Assembly (NCBI GenBank): GCA_945878755.1
Contig: CAMDWM010000002.1
Coordinates: 75 to 64,074 of the forward strand
DNA: 64,000 nucleotides
Source: Akkermansia muciniphila
GTDB taxonomy: Bacteria > Verrucomicrobiota > Verrucomicrobiia > Opitutales > UBA953
Direction: 5' to 3'
In this document: positions 8,784-19,158 of the stretch, one piece after another
How positions within the stretch are numbered: the stretch's first letter is position 1
Layout: each line of letters begins with the position of its first letter
Made by a program: the position numbers and the translations under genes
Notes under the pieces: model-generated
Seen by the model: only the letters and a program-made list of their open reading frames with translations
Databases searched by the model: none
What the model was told of the DNA's origin: nothing

Positions 8784-10355
8784 TCACATCAGCTTGGAGG
8801 CTAGCTCGGAGAGGACGCTGCGGACACCATGGAGTAGGCGGACATTGGCCGTGATACTGTGACCTTTCATGCGCTCATGCGTGTGAATGAGGCCGTTGGA
8901 CTTACCATCTAGGTAGGGGGTGTCGACCTGATCAAGGTCGCCGATCAGGACCAGTTTGGAGCCTTCGCCGATACGTGTAATAACCGTCTTGGCCTCGTGG
9001 GGCGTCATGTTCTGGGCTTCGTCCACAATCATGAACGCGTGCCCGATGGAGCGACCGCGGATGAAGGTCATGGCTTCGATTTCAATCAGGCCAGAGTCGA
9101 TTAACCACTGGTAAGGTTTGCGCGGTTGGCCGACCTGCTGGAACTGGGAACCGAAGATGGGTTGGGCGGCCTTCATGGCCTGAGCCTTCTTCTGTTTGCG
9201 TTGAGAGTCGGTGGCGACCAAGGCCTTGCTGGACGGAGCAACCTGCGGCGCTGCGGGGGCACCATTGCGAGAGAAGAGCACCTCGAGGTTATCAAAGTAA
9301 GGTTGGATGTAAGGCGAGAGCTTCTCTTCCTTGGTGCCAGGCAAGGCACCGATATCTTTGCCGATCTGCACGACCGGACGGGAAACGTAGAGCTTCTTGT
9401 AAGGGGAGAAGTCACTGAGCACTTGGGAGAGCGCAGCCGCAATGGACAGGAAGGTCTTGCCGGTGCCGGCGCGCCCGAAGCAGGTGACCAACTTGATGTC
9501 CGGGTTCAGGAGGGCGTCCAAGAAGATCCACTGCTCAAAGTTCTTAGGGATGACGCGCATGCCACGTGGCATCTGGAGGCCTTTCCGGGCGCCACTGTCG
9601 GTCGAAAGGAATTCGCGGTAGAGCCCGAGGGGGACAAAGACATTTTCGCCGACATGGCGGGCCGGTTCGCTCCAGTCGCTCGAAGTAAGCATCACGTATT
9701 CATTGACCGCAGGGCTGTCTTCGCCCTTGAGTTTCACTTCGACTTGGGCGAGTTCCTTGAAGTCGCGCATTGCTGCCGCGGTCACCGTGACGGTCTTGTA
9801 GTCACCGACGTCACTGGTCTCGATGCGGTCGTTCCGGTAGTCTTCTACTTCTAAACCCAAGGCTTGGGCTTTGAGGGCCATGCAGGCGTCCTTCGTGACG
9901 AGGATGACCGACCCCTTGATGGTGTCGCGCAGGTAGAGTGCGGAGGCGATGATACGGTGGTCGGGGGCATCGACCTGCATGAAAACCGCACGCAGGCGTT
10001 CCGAACGTTCGCCATTAAAATGTTCGCGGATGAGGGAGTCGTTGATGACTACTCTTAACTCGCCACCGTCCCGCAGCTTGGCGTGCAGGGCGCCTGGCTT
10101 GCCAGGGTCACCTTCGGTAATTTCCTTCAGCGGGCGGTTTTCAAAGAGCGCCCGAATCGACCGGTTGACGCGGCGCGCACTAGCGCCGAGTTGCCCCGGT
10201 TGGGTCTTGAGTCGATCGAGTTCCGACAGCACTTCCACCGGCACTGCCACGGTGTGTTCGTCGAACTTGAACAACGATTCGGGGTCATGAATTAAAACGT
10301 TCGTATCCAACACGTAGGTTTTCTTCACGAAGGTAACTGTCTTCTTTTTAGCCAT
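8784..10355 (-). CDS. PIN-domain / PhoH-like ATPase fusion (PhoH2/YlaK type)
   Basis: 523 aa. N-terminal PIN motif (YVLDTNVLIHDP). C-terminal PhoH Walker A GRAGTGKT and Walker B IVDEAQN. Confidence 0.85.
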   Translation of the reverse strand: MAKKKTVTFVKKTYVLDTNVLIHDPESLFKFDEHTVAVPVEVLSELDRLKTQPGQLGASARRVNRSIRALFENRPLKEITEGDPGKPGALHAKLRDGGELRVVINDSLIREHFNGERSERLRAVFMQVDAPDHRIIASALYLRDTIKGSVILVTKDACMALKAQALGLEVEDYRNDRIETSDVGDYKTVTVTAAAMRDFKELAQVEVKLKGEDSPAVNEYVMLTSSDWSEPARHVGENVFVPLGLYREFLSTDSGARKGLQMPRGMRVIPKNFEQWIFLDALLNPDIKLVTCFGRAGTGKTFLSIAAALSQVLSDFSPYKKLYVSRPVVQIGKDIGALPGTKEEKLSPYIQPYFDNLEVLFSRNGAPAAPQVAPSSKALVATDSQRKQKKAQAMKAAQPIFGSQFQQVGQPRKPYQWLIDSGLIEIEAMTFIRGRSIGHAFMIVDEAQNMTPHEAKTVITRIGEGSKLVLIGDLDQVDTPYLDGKSNGLIHTHERMKGHSITANVRLLHGVRSVLSELASKLM

Positions 10356-10376
10356 GGTCGCAATCCGTAAAAATCA

Positions 10377-10682
10377 TTATTTCGCTTCAGACGCAATCGC
10401 TCGGAGGTAGTCCCAGCTGTAGATTCCCGTTCGGTGTCCGTCGCTGAACTCGAAGGTCACAGCGTAGTTACCAATGTGTTGCATCCCCAAGACAGCGACA
10501 CCTGGGAACTGCCGTGGGCCGTCACCACCCCAGCGCTGCCCCAAGATGTCGACCTCCCCCATATTTTCGGCGCTGGGGGAGCGTTCGCGGAGGAACTCCC
10601 CAGTCAAAAAGTGTTCTTGGCCATCCGCCCAAGTCACCGCCACAAACGTTCCGACCAACTGGATGTCCCGGGGGGAAGCCAT
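10377..10682 (-). CDS. DUF971 domain protein
   Basis: Start chosen at MASPRDIQL (101 aa). Matches the DUF971 pattern (VTWADG...F....LRE..PSA...IYSWDYL). Confidence 0.55.
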   Translation of the reverse strand: MASPRDIQLVGTFVAVTWADGQEHFLTGEFLRERSPSAENMGEVDILGQRWGGDGPRQFPGVAVLGMQHIGNYAVTFEFSDGHRTGIYSWDYLRAIASEAK

Positions 10683-10779
10683 AGTATAAGGTCTAACGGC
10701 ATTTTGCCCCGCTCGCAAGCAGGGACGTCAGTGGGTCGCCCTTGACTCATCGCTTTGGCTGGTCGAATGTGACGGCACT

Positions 10780-11085
10780 ATGGCAGGCGTAGGCAAACTC
10801 CTTAAACAGGCCCAGAAGATGCAACGTGGCATCGCTGAGGTTCAACAGCGACTGGGAGACCAACGGCTAGAGGTCTCCCATGGCGGTGGCGCCATCAAGG
10901 TGACGGTCAATGGCCACGGCTTAGTCATGGGCTTGGCCCTCGACCCCGAGTTTATCAAAGAGGACAAGGCCATCGTGGAGACGGCCCTCGTGGCCGCGTT
11001 GCAAGAGGCTTCCACCAAGGCCAAGGAAATCTACGACGCCGAGATGTCCAAGGCGACGGCAGGCTTTTCCTTGCCAGGGCTCTAA
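10780..11085 (+). CDS. ybaB: Nucleoid-associated protein YbaB/EbfC
   Basis: 101 aa. Starts LLKQAQKMQ...GGGAIKVTVNG. Sits in the classic position directly upstream of recR. Confidence 0.9.
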   Translation: MAGVGKLLKQAQKMQRGIAEVQQRLGDQRLEVSHGGGAIKVTVNGHGLVMGLALDPEFIKEDKAIVETALVAALQEASTKAKEIYDAEMSKATAGFSLPGL

Positions 11086-11093
11086 TCTAGCCC

Positions 11094-11696
11094 GTGACAC
11101 CGTCTTTCGAGAAAGTTCGTCAGCTCCTTCGCCTCCTACCCGGCCTCGGACATCGTTCCGCGGAACGGATTGCCTTGCACCTTTTGGTCGAAAAGCCCGC
11201 CAAGCTCGCCCCGCTGCTAGCCTCCTTGGAGGCTGCCGCCCAATGCGTCCGGCGCTGTGACCGTTGCGGTAGTTTGGCCGAAGCCCCACTCTGTGAGGTC
11301 TGCAGCGACCCAAAGCGCGACCCCGCATCCCTTTGCGTCGTCGAGCAAGTCCCGGACTTAATGGCGCTCGAACGTTCCCTCGCCCACCGTGGCTCCTACC
11401 ATGTCCTCCATGGTCGGCTATCGCCGATTAATGGCGTAGGCCCTGAAGACCTCAACCTGACTACGCTGGAGCAGCGTTTACGGGATGAACCGATTACCGA
11501 AGTCGTCCTGGCCCTGGGCAATGACATCGAAGGCGAAGCGACCTGTCATTATATTCGGGAGTGTATTCATGGTATCCGTGACACGATTAAGGTCTCCAGA
11601 ATTGGCTTTGGTCTGCCGAGCGGGAGCGGTTTAACCTTCGCTGATCCTGCGACTTTACGCAGTGCCTTGGAGGGTCGGCGCGATGTCGGCGCCTGA
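11094..11696 (+). CDS. recR: Recombination protein RecR
   Basis: 200 aa with a GTG start. Helix-hairpin-helix LPGLGHRSAERIA. Zinc finger CDRCGSLAEAPLCEVC. Toprim domain present. Confidence 0.95.
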   Translation: MTPSFEKVRQLLRLLPGLGHRSAERIALHLLVEKPAKLAPLLASLEAAAQCVRRCDRCGSLAEAPLCEVCSDPKRDPASLCVVEQVPDLMALERSLAHRGSYHVLHGRLSPINGVGPEDLNLTTLEQRLRDEPITEVVLALGNDIEGEATCHYIRECIHGIRDTIKVSRIGFGLPSGSGLTFADPATLRSALEGRRDVGA

Positions 11697-12846
11697 GTCC
11701 GGACGTTTCGGCTACCCTCCCGCCGCCGAGCAATTCTGGGTTCGTCAGGCCGAGGTCGCCACCGAACTTTCGGGTGATTTAGCGCTAGAGCGCTTGATGC
11801 CCTACGTCGGCAGGCTTTCGGACCTCTTTACGACGGAGCGCCCCGAAAAGACCTTCCCCGACTACTTCGCCGAGCAGGGCTTACTCGCTGGCTACGGGGT
11901 TTTCTTCCTACCGCAAAGCTTCACGCGGACTTCTTTTGCGCTATCGTATGCCATAGACTTTCGCGGCTGGCGACCGCCGATGGATCGCGCCCGCATTCTC
12001 GATCTAGGTTCCGGCCCAGGCTCTTGTGGCGTCTCGGTGGCTCACCGTTTACTCTCGGACGGCTCCCGTCGCGTGAGCTTACATGCCCTTGATAAGTCGC
12101 CCTCCGCTTTGGTGGCACTGGAAAATTTCGCGGAGTCCGTCTTGGGTGAGAAGGCTGACGTCTCGACTCGCATGGGCGATGCGAGCCGGCCCGCGGCCTG
12201 GCCAGAGGAAACCTTTGATGTCATTGTGGCTGGGTTTGTGCTTAATGAACTCAAGGAGCTTGATGCCGATGGTTTAATGCGCTGGGTCACAGAACTAAAA
12301 CGCCGCCTTCATCCCGAAGGATTGCTCATCATTCTTGAGCCGGCCTTGCGGGTCACTTCGGAGCGACTACAGCGCCTCAGCGATCGCGTGGCGGCAGAGG
12401 GTTTGCTCACGCGTCTCGGACCAGACCTCGACGCCCTGCCCTGCCCCCAGTTGGCGCAAGGCCTTCATTGGACGCATGAGGCCCGTCGGTGGTCGGCGCC
12501 GGTTTCCACGGAATTCGTCAATCGCAAGCTCCACCGTGATTTACGGGAGGTGCGTTTCTCTTTCGCCTTATTCTCGAATCAAGTGACCCCGCCCGTCGAC
12601 CCGGCGGCGGTTCGGGTCGTCTCCGACGTGCAGATGATCAAGGGCATGCTTCGCTTCATTGGTATCCAGCAAGGTGCCCTACAAACGGTCGAAGTACCTA
12701 CCCGTGGCCTTTCGAAGCATGACATAAAGCTACTCGCCGAAACCTTTGCGCGCGGCGACATCATCGCCCACGCCCAAGCGCCCGGTCCGCGGGTCCGCTT
12801 AAGCGGCGTTTCGGAACTGCGGATTATTTATTCGGGGCGCGCTTAA
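11683..12846 (+). CDS. Class I SAM-dependent methyltransferase, Rsm22-like
   Basis: SAM motif ILDLGSGPGSCG and the overall layout resemble the Rsm22 family. Start placed at the ATG at 11683 (14-nt overlap with recR). The track ORF starts at 11662. Confidence 0.55.
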   Translation: MSAPESGRFGYPPAAEQFWVRQAEVATELSGDLALERLMPYVGRLSDLFTTERPEKTFPDYFAEQGLLAGYGVFFLPQSFTRTSFALSYAIDFRGWRPPMDRARILDLGSGPGSCGVSVAHRLLSDGSRRVSLHALDKSPSALVALENFAESVLGEKADVSTRMGDASRPAAWPEETFDVIVAGFVLNELKELDADGLMRWVTELKRRLHPEGLLIILEPALRVTSERLQRLSDRVAAEGLLTRLGPDLDALPCPQLAQGLHWTHEARRWSAPVSTEFVNRKLHRDLREVRFSFALFSNQVTPPVDPAAVRVVSDVQMIKGMLRFIGIQQGALQTVEVPTRGLSKHDIKLLAETFARGDIIAHAQAPGPRVRLSGVSELRIIYSGRA

Positions 12847-13496
12847 GCCAAGCCCAGGTGCTTCAACGCCTCGGGCGTGGGGCCATCGAACGTGAGCGAA
12901 GGCCGATTACCCACGTACCCAATCTCCTTCATGCCTTGCGGTGTCGTGAAGTAGCCGCCGGCTGCGAGATAGCGGAACCGGTCGAAGAACTTAACATGTG
13001 GACGGTATTCTTGAGCGACCGGCGTGGCGCCGCAAATGGCATCGGCGATACCTGCCTGTTGCGTGGCTGGTAGGTCCGCAAAGAGGGCCTGATGGCGGCT
13101 TTTAGCTTCCGCGTCCAAGAAGTCCAAGCCGGGCAAGATGATCGGCTTATCTTTGGCTGTCTGGTCATACGGCGAACTGATCCATTCGTCGATGAACTCA
13201 TGCACTGCGAGCTGGGACGGCTTGAGCCCGCCGTCATCAGGTGGGAGGATGAGGTCGGCGAGGGCCGCGGCGGCGCGCCGTTGGGCGGGGGTCATGAGGA
13301 GCGGCCATAGTTCACCGGGCTTGTAGTCTTTGTTGAGGACTGGGTCGGGGCCAATCGGCTTACCTGACTTAGTCGGAACTTGCGCGGCAGCCAAATCCAC
13401 GCGGCCCGCTAGGGCCATGCCGGCGGCGGCGGCGGCGAGCCATTTTAAGGCAACGCGCCGCGGCATCTGGCGGGAAGAATTATCAGGGTCGGTCAT
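12843..13496 (-). CDS. Gluconate 2-dehydrogenase subunit 3 family protein (Tat-exported small partner of a GMC oxidoreductase)
   Basis: 217 aa. Twin-arginine signal SRQMPRRVALKWLAAAAAGMALA. Lies immediately downstream of a GMC flavoenzyme, which is the usual pairing. Confidence 0.65.
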   Translation of the reverse strand: MTDPDNSSRQMPRRVALKWLAAAAAGMALAGRVDLAAAQVPTKSGKPIGPDPVLNKDYKPGELWPLLMTPAQRRAAAALADLILPPDDGGLKPSQLAVHEFIDEWISSPYDQTAKDKPIILPGLDFLDAEAKSRHQALFADLPATQQAGIADAICGATPVAQEYRPHVKFFDRFRYLAAGGYFTTPQGMKEIGYVGNRPSLTFDGPTPEALKHLGLA

Positions 13497-13508
13497 AGGA
13501 GAGAGGAT

Positions 13509-15296
13509 TTAGAGGTTACCTTGACGCATCTCTTCGATGAGGTGGTCGCAGGCGCGCCAGGCGAGCGCCATGATAGTGAGTGTGGGGTTCTTATCGGCGT
13601 TACTGCAGAAGGGGGCAGCGTCGTTGATGAGTAGGTTGGGTACATCCCAGCACTGATTCCATTGGTTAGTCACCGACTTCTTACGGTCTGCCCCCATGAT
13701 GGCCCCGCCAACTTCATGGATGATGAAGCCGCCTGGCTTGATTGCCTTAGCCCCATCGGTTGCCGGTTTTCCGCCGACCTTACCACCGATGGCTTCGATC
13801 ATCTGGGCGAAGGTTTGGTGCATGTGCAGCGCTTGCTTCAGTTCGTGGTCCGAGAACTTCCAGTGGAAGCGTAGCACGGGGATGCCCCACTTGTCTTTGA
13901 CGGTCGGGTCGAGGTCGCAGAAGGAATCCTTGTTTGGAATCATTTCGCCGCGGCCAGAGAAGCCGATGAAACTTCCGTAGCTGCGGCGGAGGTCTTCCTT
14001 AAAGGACTTGCCGTAGCCCGGCTTGGCCGGACCCGCTACACCGACATTGGGCATGCGTCGTCCAGTGGAGAACTCAATGTGGTAACCACGGGCAAAGCCG
14101 AGTTTGCCAGCTTTCTGCTCCTTATAGAGCCACCAAGGTACGTAGACATGGTCCCCCGCTCCGTCTTCGTTGTGAACTGGAAGATTTTCGAAGGCCGGCA
14201 CTTGGCCGCCCAAGCTGGCACCCACGGTGTCCATAATATTTTTGCCCACTTCGCCGGATGTATTGGCCAGGCCATCAGGGAACTTAGCGGATTTTGAGTT
14301 CAGGAGGATGCGGGCGGACTCGGCGGAACTAGCAGCGAGAATGATGACGCGGGCCTTCGCGGTGATTTCGCGTCCGGATACCTTGTCGATGAACGAGACA
14401 CCGTTTGCTTTGCCCTGCGCATCCAAGGTGACTGCGCGTGCCATCGCATTGGGCAGAATGTCGAGATTGCCAGTGGCCATGGCCGGCGGCAGATGCACCG
14501 TGGTCGACTGGTAGTTAGCCTTAATCGAGCAACCGCGGCCGCAATCGGTCGCCCAGAAGCAAGCGGCGCGTTGGCGCATGGATTCAGCCAGAATAGCTTG
14601 GGCCCGCGGGTTGCCCGGATGCAGTTTGGCGGGAATCGTGTCAGCGTCCTGCTTCGTGCTGAGGATCGCGCGGTGGATGGGGATCACCGGGATACCTAGC
14701 TGGGCGACATGCTTCTTGATGTAGAGTTCACCCGCACGGGCTTTCGGTGGCGGCAGGAGACAGCCTTCGGGCGAGTCTGGGGTATTTTCTAGACCCTCAT
14801 TCGAGCCATAGACTCCAATCAGCATCTCTACCTTGTCGTAATACGGCGCGACATCTTGGTAAGTCATTGGCCAATCCACGCCGAGGCCATCGCGCGAGTA
14901 GGGCTTAAAATCATAGGGTCCATTGCGCAGCGAGATGCGACCCCAGTGATTGGTGCGGCCACCGAGCATACGGGCGCGCCACCACCAGAATTTATTTTCC
15001 GCCTCAGTGGAGGCATTGGTATAGGGTTCATCCGGCACCTGCCAGCCGCCGTCTACGGTAGCGTCGTAGAACCCAAATGGTTTGTCTTCCACGGAAATAC
15101 CCCGCAGCGGGGCCGAGCTGGGCGTCTGGAACATCGCCGTCTCCGTCAGGGGGTCGTAATGGCGACCGGCTTCGAGGAGTAAGACCTTCACGCCGTTCAT
15201 CGTGAGGGTGTAGGCCGACTGGCCGCCGCCCGCCCCCGAGCCAACGATGATGACGTCGTAGGAAGCCTTGAGCTCCTTTTCGGATATGAGGGGCAT
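13509..15296 (-). CDS. GMC-family FAD-dependent oxidoreductase
   Basis: FAD motif YDVIIVGSGAGGG near the N-terminus. GMC C-terminal region HEVGGAIMG. Start chosen at MPLISEKEL. Confidence 0.85.
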   Translation of the reverse strand: MPLISEKELKASYDVIIVGSGAGGGQSAYTLTMNGVKVLLLEAGRHYDPLTETAMFQTPSSAPLRGISVEDKPFGFYDATVDGGWQVPDEPYTNASTEAENKFWWWRARMLGGRTNHWGRISLRNGPYDFKPYSRDGLGVDWPMTYQDVAPYYDKVEMLIGVYGSNEGLENTPDSPEGCLLPPPKARAGELYIKKHVAQLGIPVIPIHRAILSTKQDADTIPAKLHPGNPRAQAILAESMRQRAACFWATDCGRGCSIKANYQSTTVHLPPAMATGNLDILPNAMARAVTLDAQGKANGVSFIDKVSGREITAKARVIILAASSAESARILLNSKSAKFPDGLANTSGEVGKNIMDTVGASLGGQVPAFENLPVHNEDGAGDHVYVPWWLYKEQKAGKLGFARGYHIEFSTGRRMPNVGVAGPAKPGYGKSFKEDLRRSYGSFIGFSGRGEMIPNKDSFCDLDPTVKDKWGIPVLRFHWKFSDHELKQALHMHQTFAQMIEAIGGKVGGKPATDGAKAIKPGGFIIHEVGGAIMGADRKKSVTNQWNQCWDVPNLLINDAAPFCSNADKNPTLTIMALAWRACDHLIEEMRQGNL

Positions 15297-15466
15297 GCTC
15301 CCTAGACAACCGACCCCCGAGGAGGTTGCCAAGGCTGTGTTGCGAAGTTGTTACAATATACTGGGCCGAAAACTCCAATTTTAGCCTATTTTACCCAAGA
15401 CTGGCCCCCTTTCCTTGAGGACATTACTGACAACGTCCCAGGAAGTGGCTAAAACTTAGGGCTGTC

Positions 15467-17536
15467 ATGTTGAATCGCGAACTTAGTTGGCTCACCTTCG
15501 ACCGCCGCGTTTTAGAACTGGCGGAAGACGACACCGTCCCATTGCTGGAGCGGGTCCGCTTCCTCTCCATCGTCAGCTCCAACCTCGACGAATTCTTTGA
15601 GATCCGCGTTGCCGGCATCATGCAGCAAGAGGAGTCAGCCACGCACCCGGCGACGCGCGAATTCCTGCAGGAAGTCCTGCGGCAATCTCATGCCTTAGTT
15701 GACGCCCAACAAGCCTGCTGGCGTGATCAACTCCTGCCAGCCTTAGCCAAGGAAGGCATCGTCGTTAAAGCTAAAGACCAACTCAACGATGCCGATCGGG
15801 CGGAACTCTCCCCACGCTTTGACCGCGATATCTTACCGGCGCTGACGCCGCTGGCCATCGACCCTTCGCACCCGTTCCCGGTGCTTACGAACAAGGGTCT
15901 CTACCTGCAGGCTTTGCTGCGCGACCCGGAGACTGGCGAAGTCCGTCGGGCCGTCGTCCCCATTCCGCGCGTCCTTCCGCGTGTCTTGTCCTTAGGGACC
16001 AGCGCCAAGCGCTCTTTTACCCTGCTGAGTTTGGTCATCGAACTCTTCGTCGACCGTCTCTTCCCCGGCCTCGATGTCCTCGGGTCATGGGCTTTCCGGA
16101 TTACGCGCAATAGCGACCTCTACGTCGACGAGGAGGAATCCGGCAACCTCTTGGAGACCATCGAAGATGAAATCCGCAACCTGCGAAAAGGTGCGCCCGT
16201 ACGGCTGGAAATCGAAGCTCAGGCGCCCGATGAGGAAGTGAGCTGGCTGCTGAAGGCTATCGGCCTGGGCAGCGATAACGCCTTCCGCTCGGCCGGCCCC
16301 GTCAATATGGTCCGGCTGAGTAGCTTGATCGACCAAGTCGGTCGCCCCGACCTGCTCTACCCCTCCTTCGCCCCGGTACTTCCGTCTGAATTCACGGACC
16401 CCCAGAAGCTCTACAGTCGAATCGCGAAGCACGACCTCTTGCTTCATCATCCTTATGAATCATTCAACCCGGTCGTCGACTTCATCCGCCAGGCCGCGCG
16501 AGATGAGTCGGTCGTCGCAATCAAGTTAACGCTCTACCGCACCAGTGGCGATTCCCCGGTGGTTGAGGCCCTGAAAGAAGCGGCCCGTAATGGCAAGCAA
16601 GTCACGGCGTTGGTCGAATTGCGTGCCCGTTTTGACGAACTCAACAACATCGAGTGGGCCCGCCAGCTGGAAGAAGCCGGCGCCCACGTCGTTTACGGTC
16701 TCTCTGGCTTGAAGACCCACTGTAAGGCTTGCTTGGTAGTCCGGCAGGAAAAGGACGGCCTCCGCCGCTACGCCCATCTTGGCACCGGCAATTACAACCC
16801 GAAGACCGCACGCCTCTATACCGACTTCTCGCTGTTCACCGCCGACGAAGAAGTCACGGCCGATGTGGGGTTACTCTTTAACGTCCTGACCGGTAATCTC
16901 GCCAAGCCCAAGTTTAAGCACCTCCTCGTGGCTCCCTTTGACCTCCATCGTGGCATCATCGACCTCATCAATGCCGAAGCCTCGGCGGCGCAGCACGGCC
17001 GCAAGGCGGCCATTTTCGCGAAGGTGAATAGCCTCGTGGACCCTGATGTCATCAAAGCCCTCTGCAAGGCCTCGCAAGCAGGCGTGAAGATTGACCTCGT
17101 CGTCCGTGGCGTCTGTTGCCTCATTCCGGGGGTTGCCGGCAAGAGCGATAATATCCGTGTCCGGAGCGTACTGGGCCGCTTCCTCGAGCATAGCCGCCTT
17201 TTCCGCTTCGAGAATGCCGGGGGAGAGTCCGTCATCCTCATGGGGAGTGCCGACTGGATGCCGCGTAATTTCTTACGCCGCGTCGAATGCATTTTTCCCA
17301 TTCGCAGCAAGCACCTCCGGAGGCGCGTTGAACAGGAGATTCTGGGTACCTACGCGGATAGCCAGGGTGACGCCCAGTTCCTGCAGGCAGACGGTAGCTA
17401 CCATTCTGCCCTCGAGGTCGGTCGCCGCGGACCGCTGGCGCAGGACGCTTTCCTTGGGATGGCCAATCACCTGCAGCCCGAGACGGTCAGCGCTGCCCCG
17501 AAGGCCCGAGGCAGATCCGTTCGACGGCCGCGTTAA
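15467..17536 (+). CDS. ppk: Polyphosphate kinase 1
   Basis: 689 aa. N-terminal NRELSWLTFDRRVLELA. PLD-like C-terminal domains (HCKACLV, LHSRLF-type). Confidence 0.95.
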   Translation: MLNRELSWLTFDRRVLELAEDDTVPLLERVRFLSIVSSNLDEFFEIRVAGIMQQEESATHPATREFLQEVLRQSHALVDAQQACWRDQLLPALAKEGIVVKAKDQLNDADRAELSPRFDRDILPALTPLAIDPSHPFPVLTNKGLYLQALLRDPETGEVRRAVVPIPRVLPRVLSLGTSAKRSFTLLSLVIELFVDRLFPGLDVLGSWAFRITRNSDLYVDEEESGNLLETIEDEIRNLRKGAPVRLEIEAQAPDEEVSWLLKAIGLGSDNAFRSAGPVNMVRLSSLIDQVGRPDLLYPSFAPVLPSEFTDPQKLYSRIAKHDLLLHHPYESFNPVVDFIRQAARDESVVAIKLTLYRTSGDSPVVEALKEAARNGKQVTALVELRARFDELNNIEWARQLEEAGAHVVYGLSGLKTHCKACLVVRQEKDGLRRYAHLGTGNYNPKTARLYTDFSLFTADEEVTADVGLLFNVLTGNLAKPKFKHLLVAPFDLHRGIIDLINAEASAAQHGRKAAIFAKVNSLVDPDVIKALCKASQAGVKIDLVVRGVCCLIPGVAGKSDNIRVRSVLGRFLEHSRLFRFENAGGESVILMGSADWMPRNFLRRVECIFPIRSKHLRRRVEQEILGTYADSQGDAQFLQADGSYHSALEVGRRGPLAQDAFLGMANHLQPETVSAAPKARGRSVRRPR

Positions 17537-18689
17537 AGCCATCGCGGTCGCCGAGGATTTCGACCTCGAGGCGAATGAAAACTAGCGGGATGGGTGGGCG
17601 GAATCGTCCCTGAATGCGTACGGCATCTTTCTCCGTTGTCACAATCATTTCGGCCTTAGCACGCATGGCCCGGTCGAGAACCTCATCTAGGTCTTCGTCG
17701 TTAAAGGCATGGTGGTCAAGGAAGCGACGGTTAGCGACGATGACGGCGCCCTGCCCGCGGAGGGTTTCTTCAAAGCGCTCCGGCGTGGCGATGCCCGAGA
17801 AGGCGGCCACGCGCATACCTTGAAGCGAAGCTAGGGGTACTGCTAAGCCGGACTCGAGGTCGACCAATTCTGTGGCGGTATGGGCACACGCAATGATTTC
17901 GGCCCGCGGGTTATGGCGCCGAATCAAACTCACTAAGGCGTCGGACGGCGGCCCGGAAGATTTCGTGATAAAGACATAGGAGGCACGGCTCAGGTTGGAG
18001 ACGGGCTCACGGAGAATGCCACGGGGAAGCATCGCCCCGTTACCGAAGGGATCATGGCTGTCGACGAGCAGTAGGTTAATCTGCCCGCGCAGGGGCAAGT
18101 ATTGGAGACCGTCATCGAGTAGGATGGTGTCCACCCCGAAACGGCGGAGCGCAAACCGCCCCCCTTCGACGCGATCGCGATCCACGATGACAACCACCCC
18201 CGTGCCCGTGAGGTTAGTGGCCATCATATAAGGCTCATCGCCGGCCTCATCGGGACCCACGAGCACACTTTTACCGTCCGACACCACCAGAGGGTCAGGG
18301 CGACTGCCTTGGGTCAACCAACGCCAAAACCGCTTAACCATCGAGTCGGAAGCCCCTTTGTACCCACGGGAGAGAATCGCCACTTTTCGGCCACGCTGGG
18401 CCAACACCCGGGCCATTTTCATCACGATAGGGGTCTTCCCCGTCCCCCCGACAGTTAAATTTCCTACCACGACGACCTTGCACCCCAGCGGGGTGTCCCG
18501 AAAGAGGCGGTGACGGTAGAGCCAAAGTCGCAAGCGGACCAAAAGTTCAAAAATCCATGAAAGCACTCGTAAAAAGCCGCCTAATAGCGTCGCGCCGAAG
18601 CCTTTTCGACGCTCATAAACGACGTCCACAGCGAAGCTCGCCACGGCCTCGCCGATGGATGAAAAAACGCCTCGATGTTTGGCCGCCAT
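17487..18689 (-). CDS. lpxK: Tetraacyldisaccharide 4'-kinase
   Basis: 400 aa. P-loop VGNLTVGGTGKTP and FLDHH...TEKDAVR are present. The 3' end overlaps the ppk 3' end by 50 nt. Confidence 0.9.
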   Translation of the reverse strand: MAAKHRGVFSSIGEAVASFAVDVVYERRKGFGATLLGGFLRVLSWIFELLVRLRLWLYRHRLFRDTPLGCKVVVVGNLTVGGTGKTPIVMKMARVLAQRGRKVAILSRGYKGASDSMVKRFWRWLTQGSRPDPLVVSDGKSVLVGPDEAGDEPYMMATNLTGTGVVVIVDRDRVEGGRFALRRFGVDTILLDDGLQYLPLRGQINLLLVDSHDPFGNGAMLPRGILREPVSNLSRASYVFITKSSGPPSDALVSLIRRHNPRAEIIACAHTATELVDLESGLAVPLASLQGMRVAAFSGIATPERFEETLRGQGAVIVANRRFLDHHAFNDEDLDEVLDRAMRAKAEMIVTTEKDAVRIQGRFRPPIPLVFIRLEVEILGDRDGFNAAVERICLGPSGQR

Positions 18690-18756
18690 GTGACGTCACG
18701 ATGCAAACTTGTTTGACGCAGGCAAGCATCCCGAGTGAGAAGGTGGACTTAGCGCT

Positions 18757-19158
18757 ATGCTTTACCACCTGTTGCGCACCAAGCTGCTCCGCGCCGAAGT
18801 CACCGGTGCCCGCCTCGATTACGAGGGTAGCCTTGCTATAGACATCGAGCTCATGAACCTAGTCGGGATGCTGCCTTATGAGAAGATCTTGGTGGGCAAC
18901 CTGGCCAATGGGGAGCGCTTTGAGACTTATGCTATTCCGGCCCCCGCCGGCACCCGTGAGATTTGCCTAAACGGCGCCACCGCCCACCTAGGTAAGCCCG
19001 GCGACCTGCTGGTCATCATGACCTTCGCTGAGCTAACCCTCGAAGAGGCCAAGCACTGGAAGCCCAAGACCGCGACCTTGGCTGAACGCAACCGCCGCGT
19101 GGTGCGCCTCGACAACCCTGAGGTCCCTGTGGACCTCCTGACCGCTTTCCAAAGATGA
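18757..19158 (+). CDS. panD: Aspartate 1-decarboxylase (pyruvoyl-dependent)
   Basis: 133 aa. Contains [21 protein letters not shown], which includes the Gly-Ser self-cleavage site. Confidence 0.9.
   Translation: MLYHLLRTKLLRAEVTGARLDYEGSLAIDIELMNLVGMLPYEKILVGNLANGERFETYAIPAPAGTREICLNGATAHLGKPGDLLVIMTFAELTLEEAKHWKPKTATLAERNRRVVRLDNPEVPVDLLTAFQR

Noticed and set aside
8784-10355. The PIN-domain protein as a toxin of a toxin-antitoxin pair.
   Set aside because: The PIN domain is fused to a PhoH ATPase, which is the conserved PhoH2 architecture. No small antitoxin ORF is adjacent. The neighbouring DUF971 gene does not resemble a known antitoxin.
18690-18699. A perfect 10-bp palindrome GTGACGTCAC abutting the lpxK start, in the lpxK/panD divergent spacer.
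   Set aside because: A 10-bp palindrome needs only 5 matched pairs, about 1 in 1000 positions. One or two are therefore expected by chance in the ~1.9 kb of non-coding DNA, and I have no supporting second site or known regulator.
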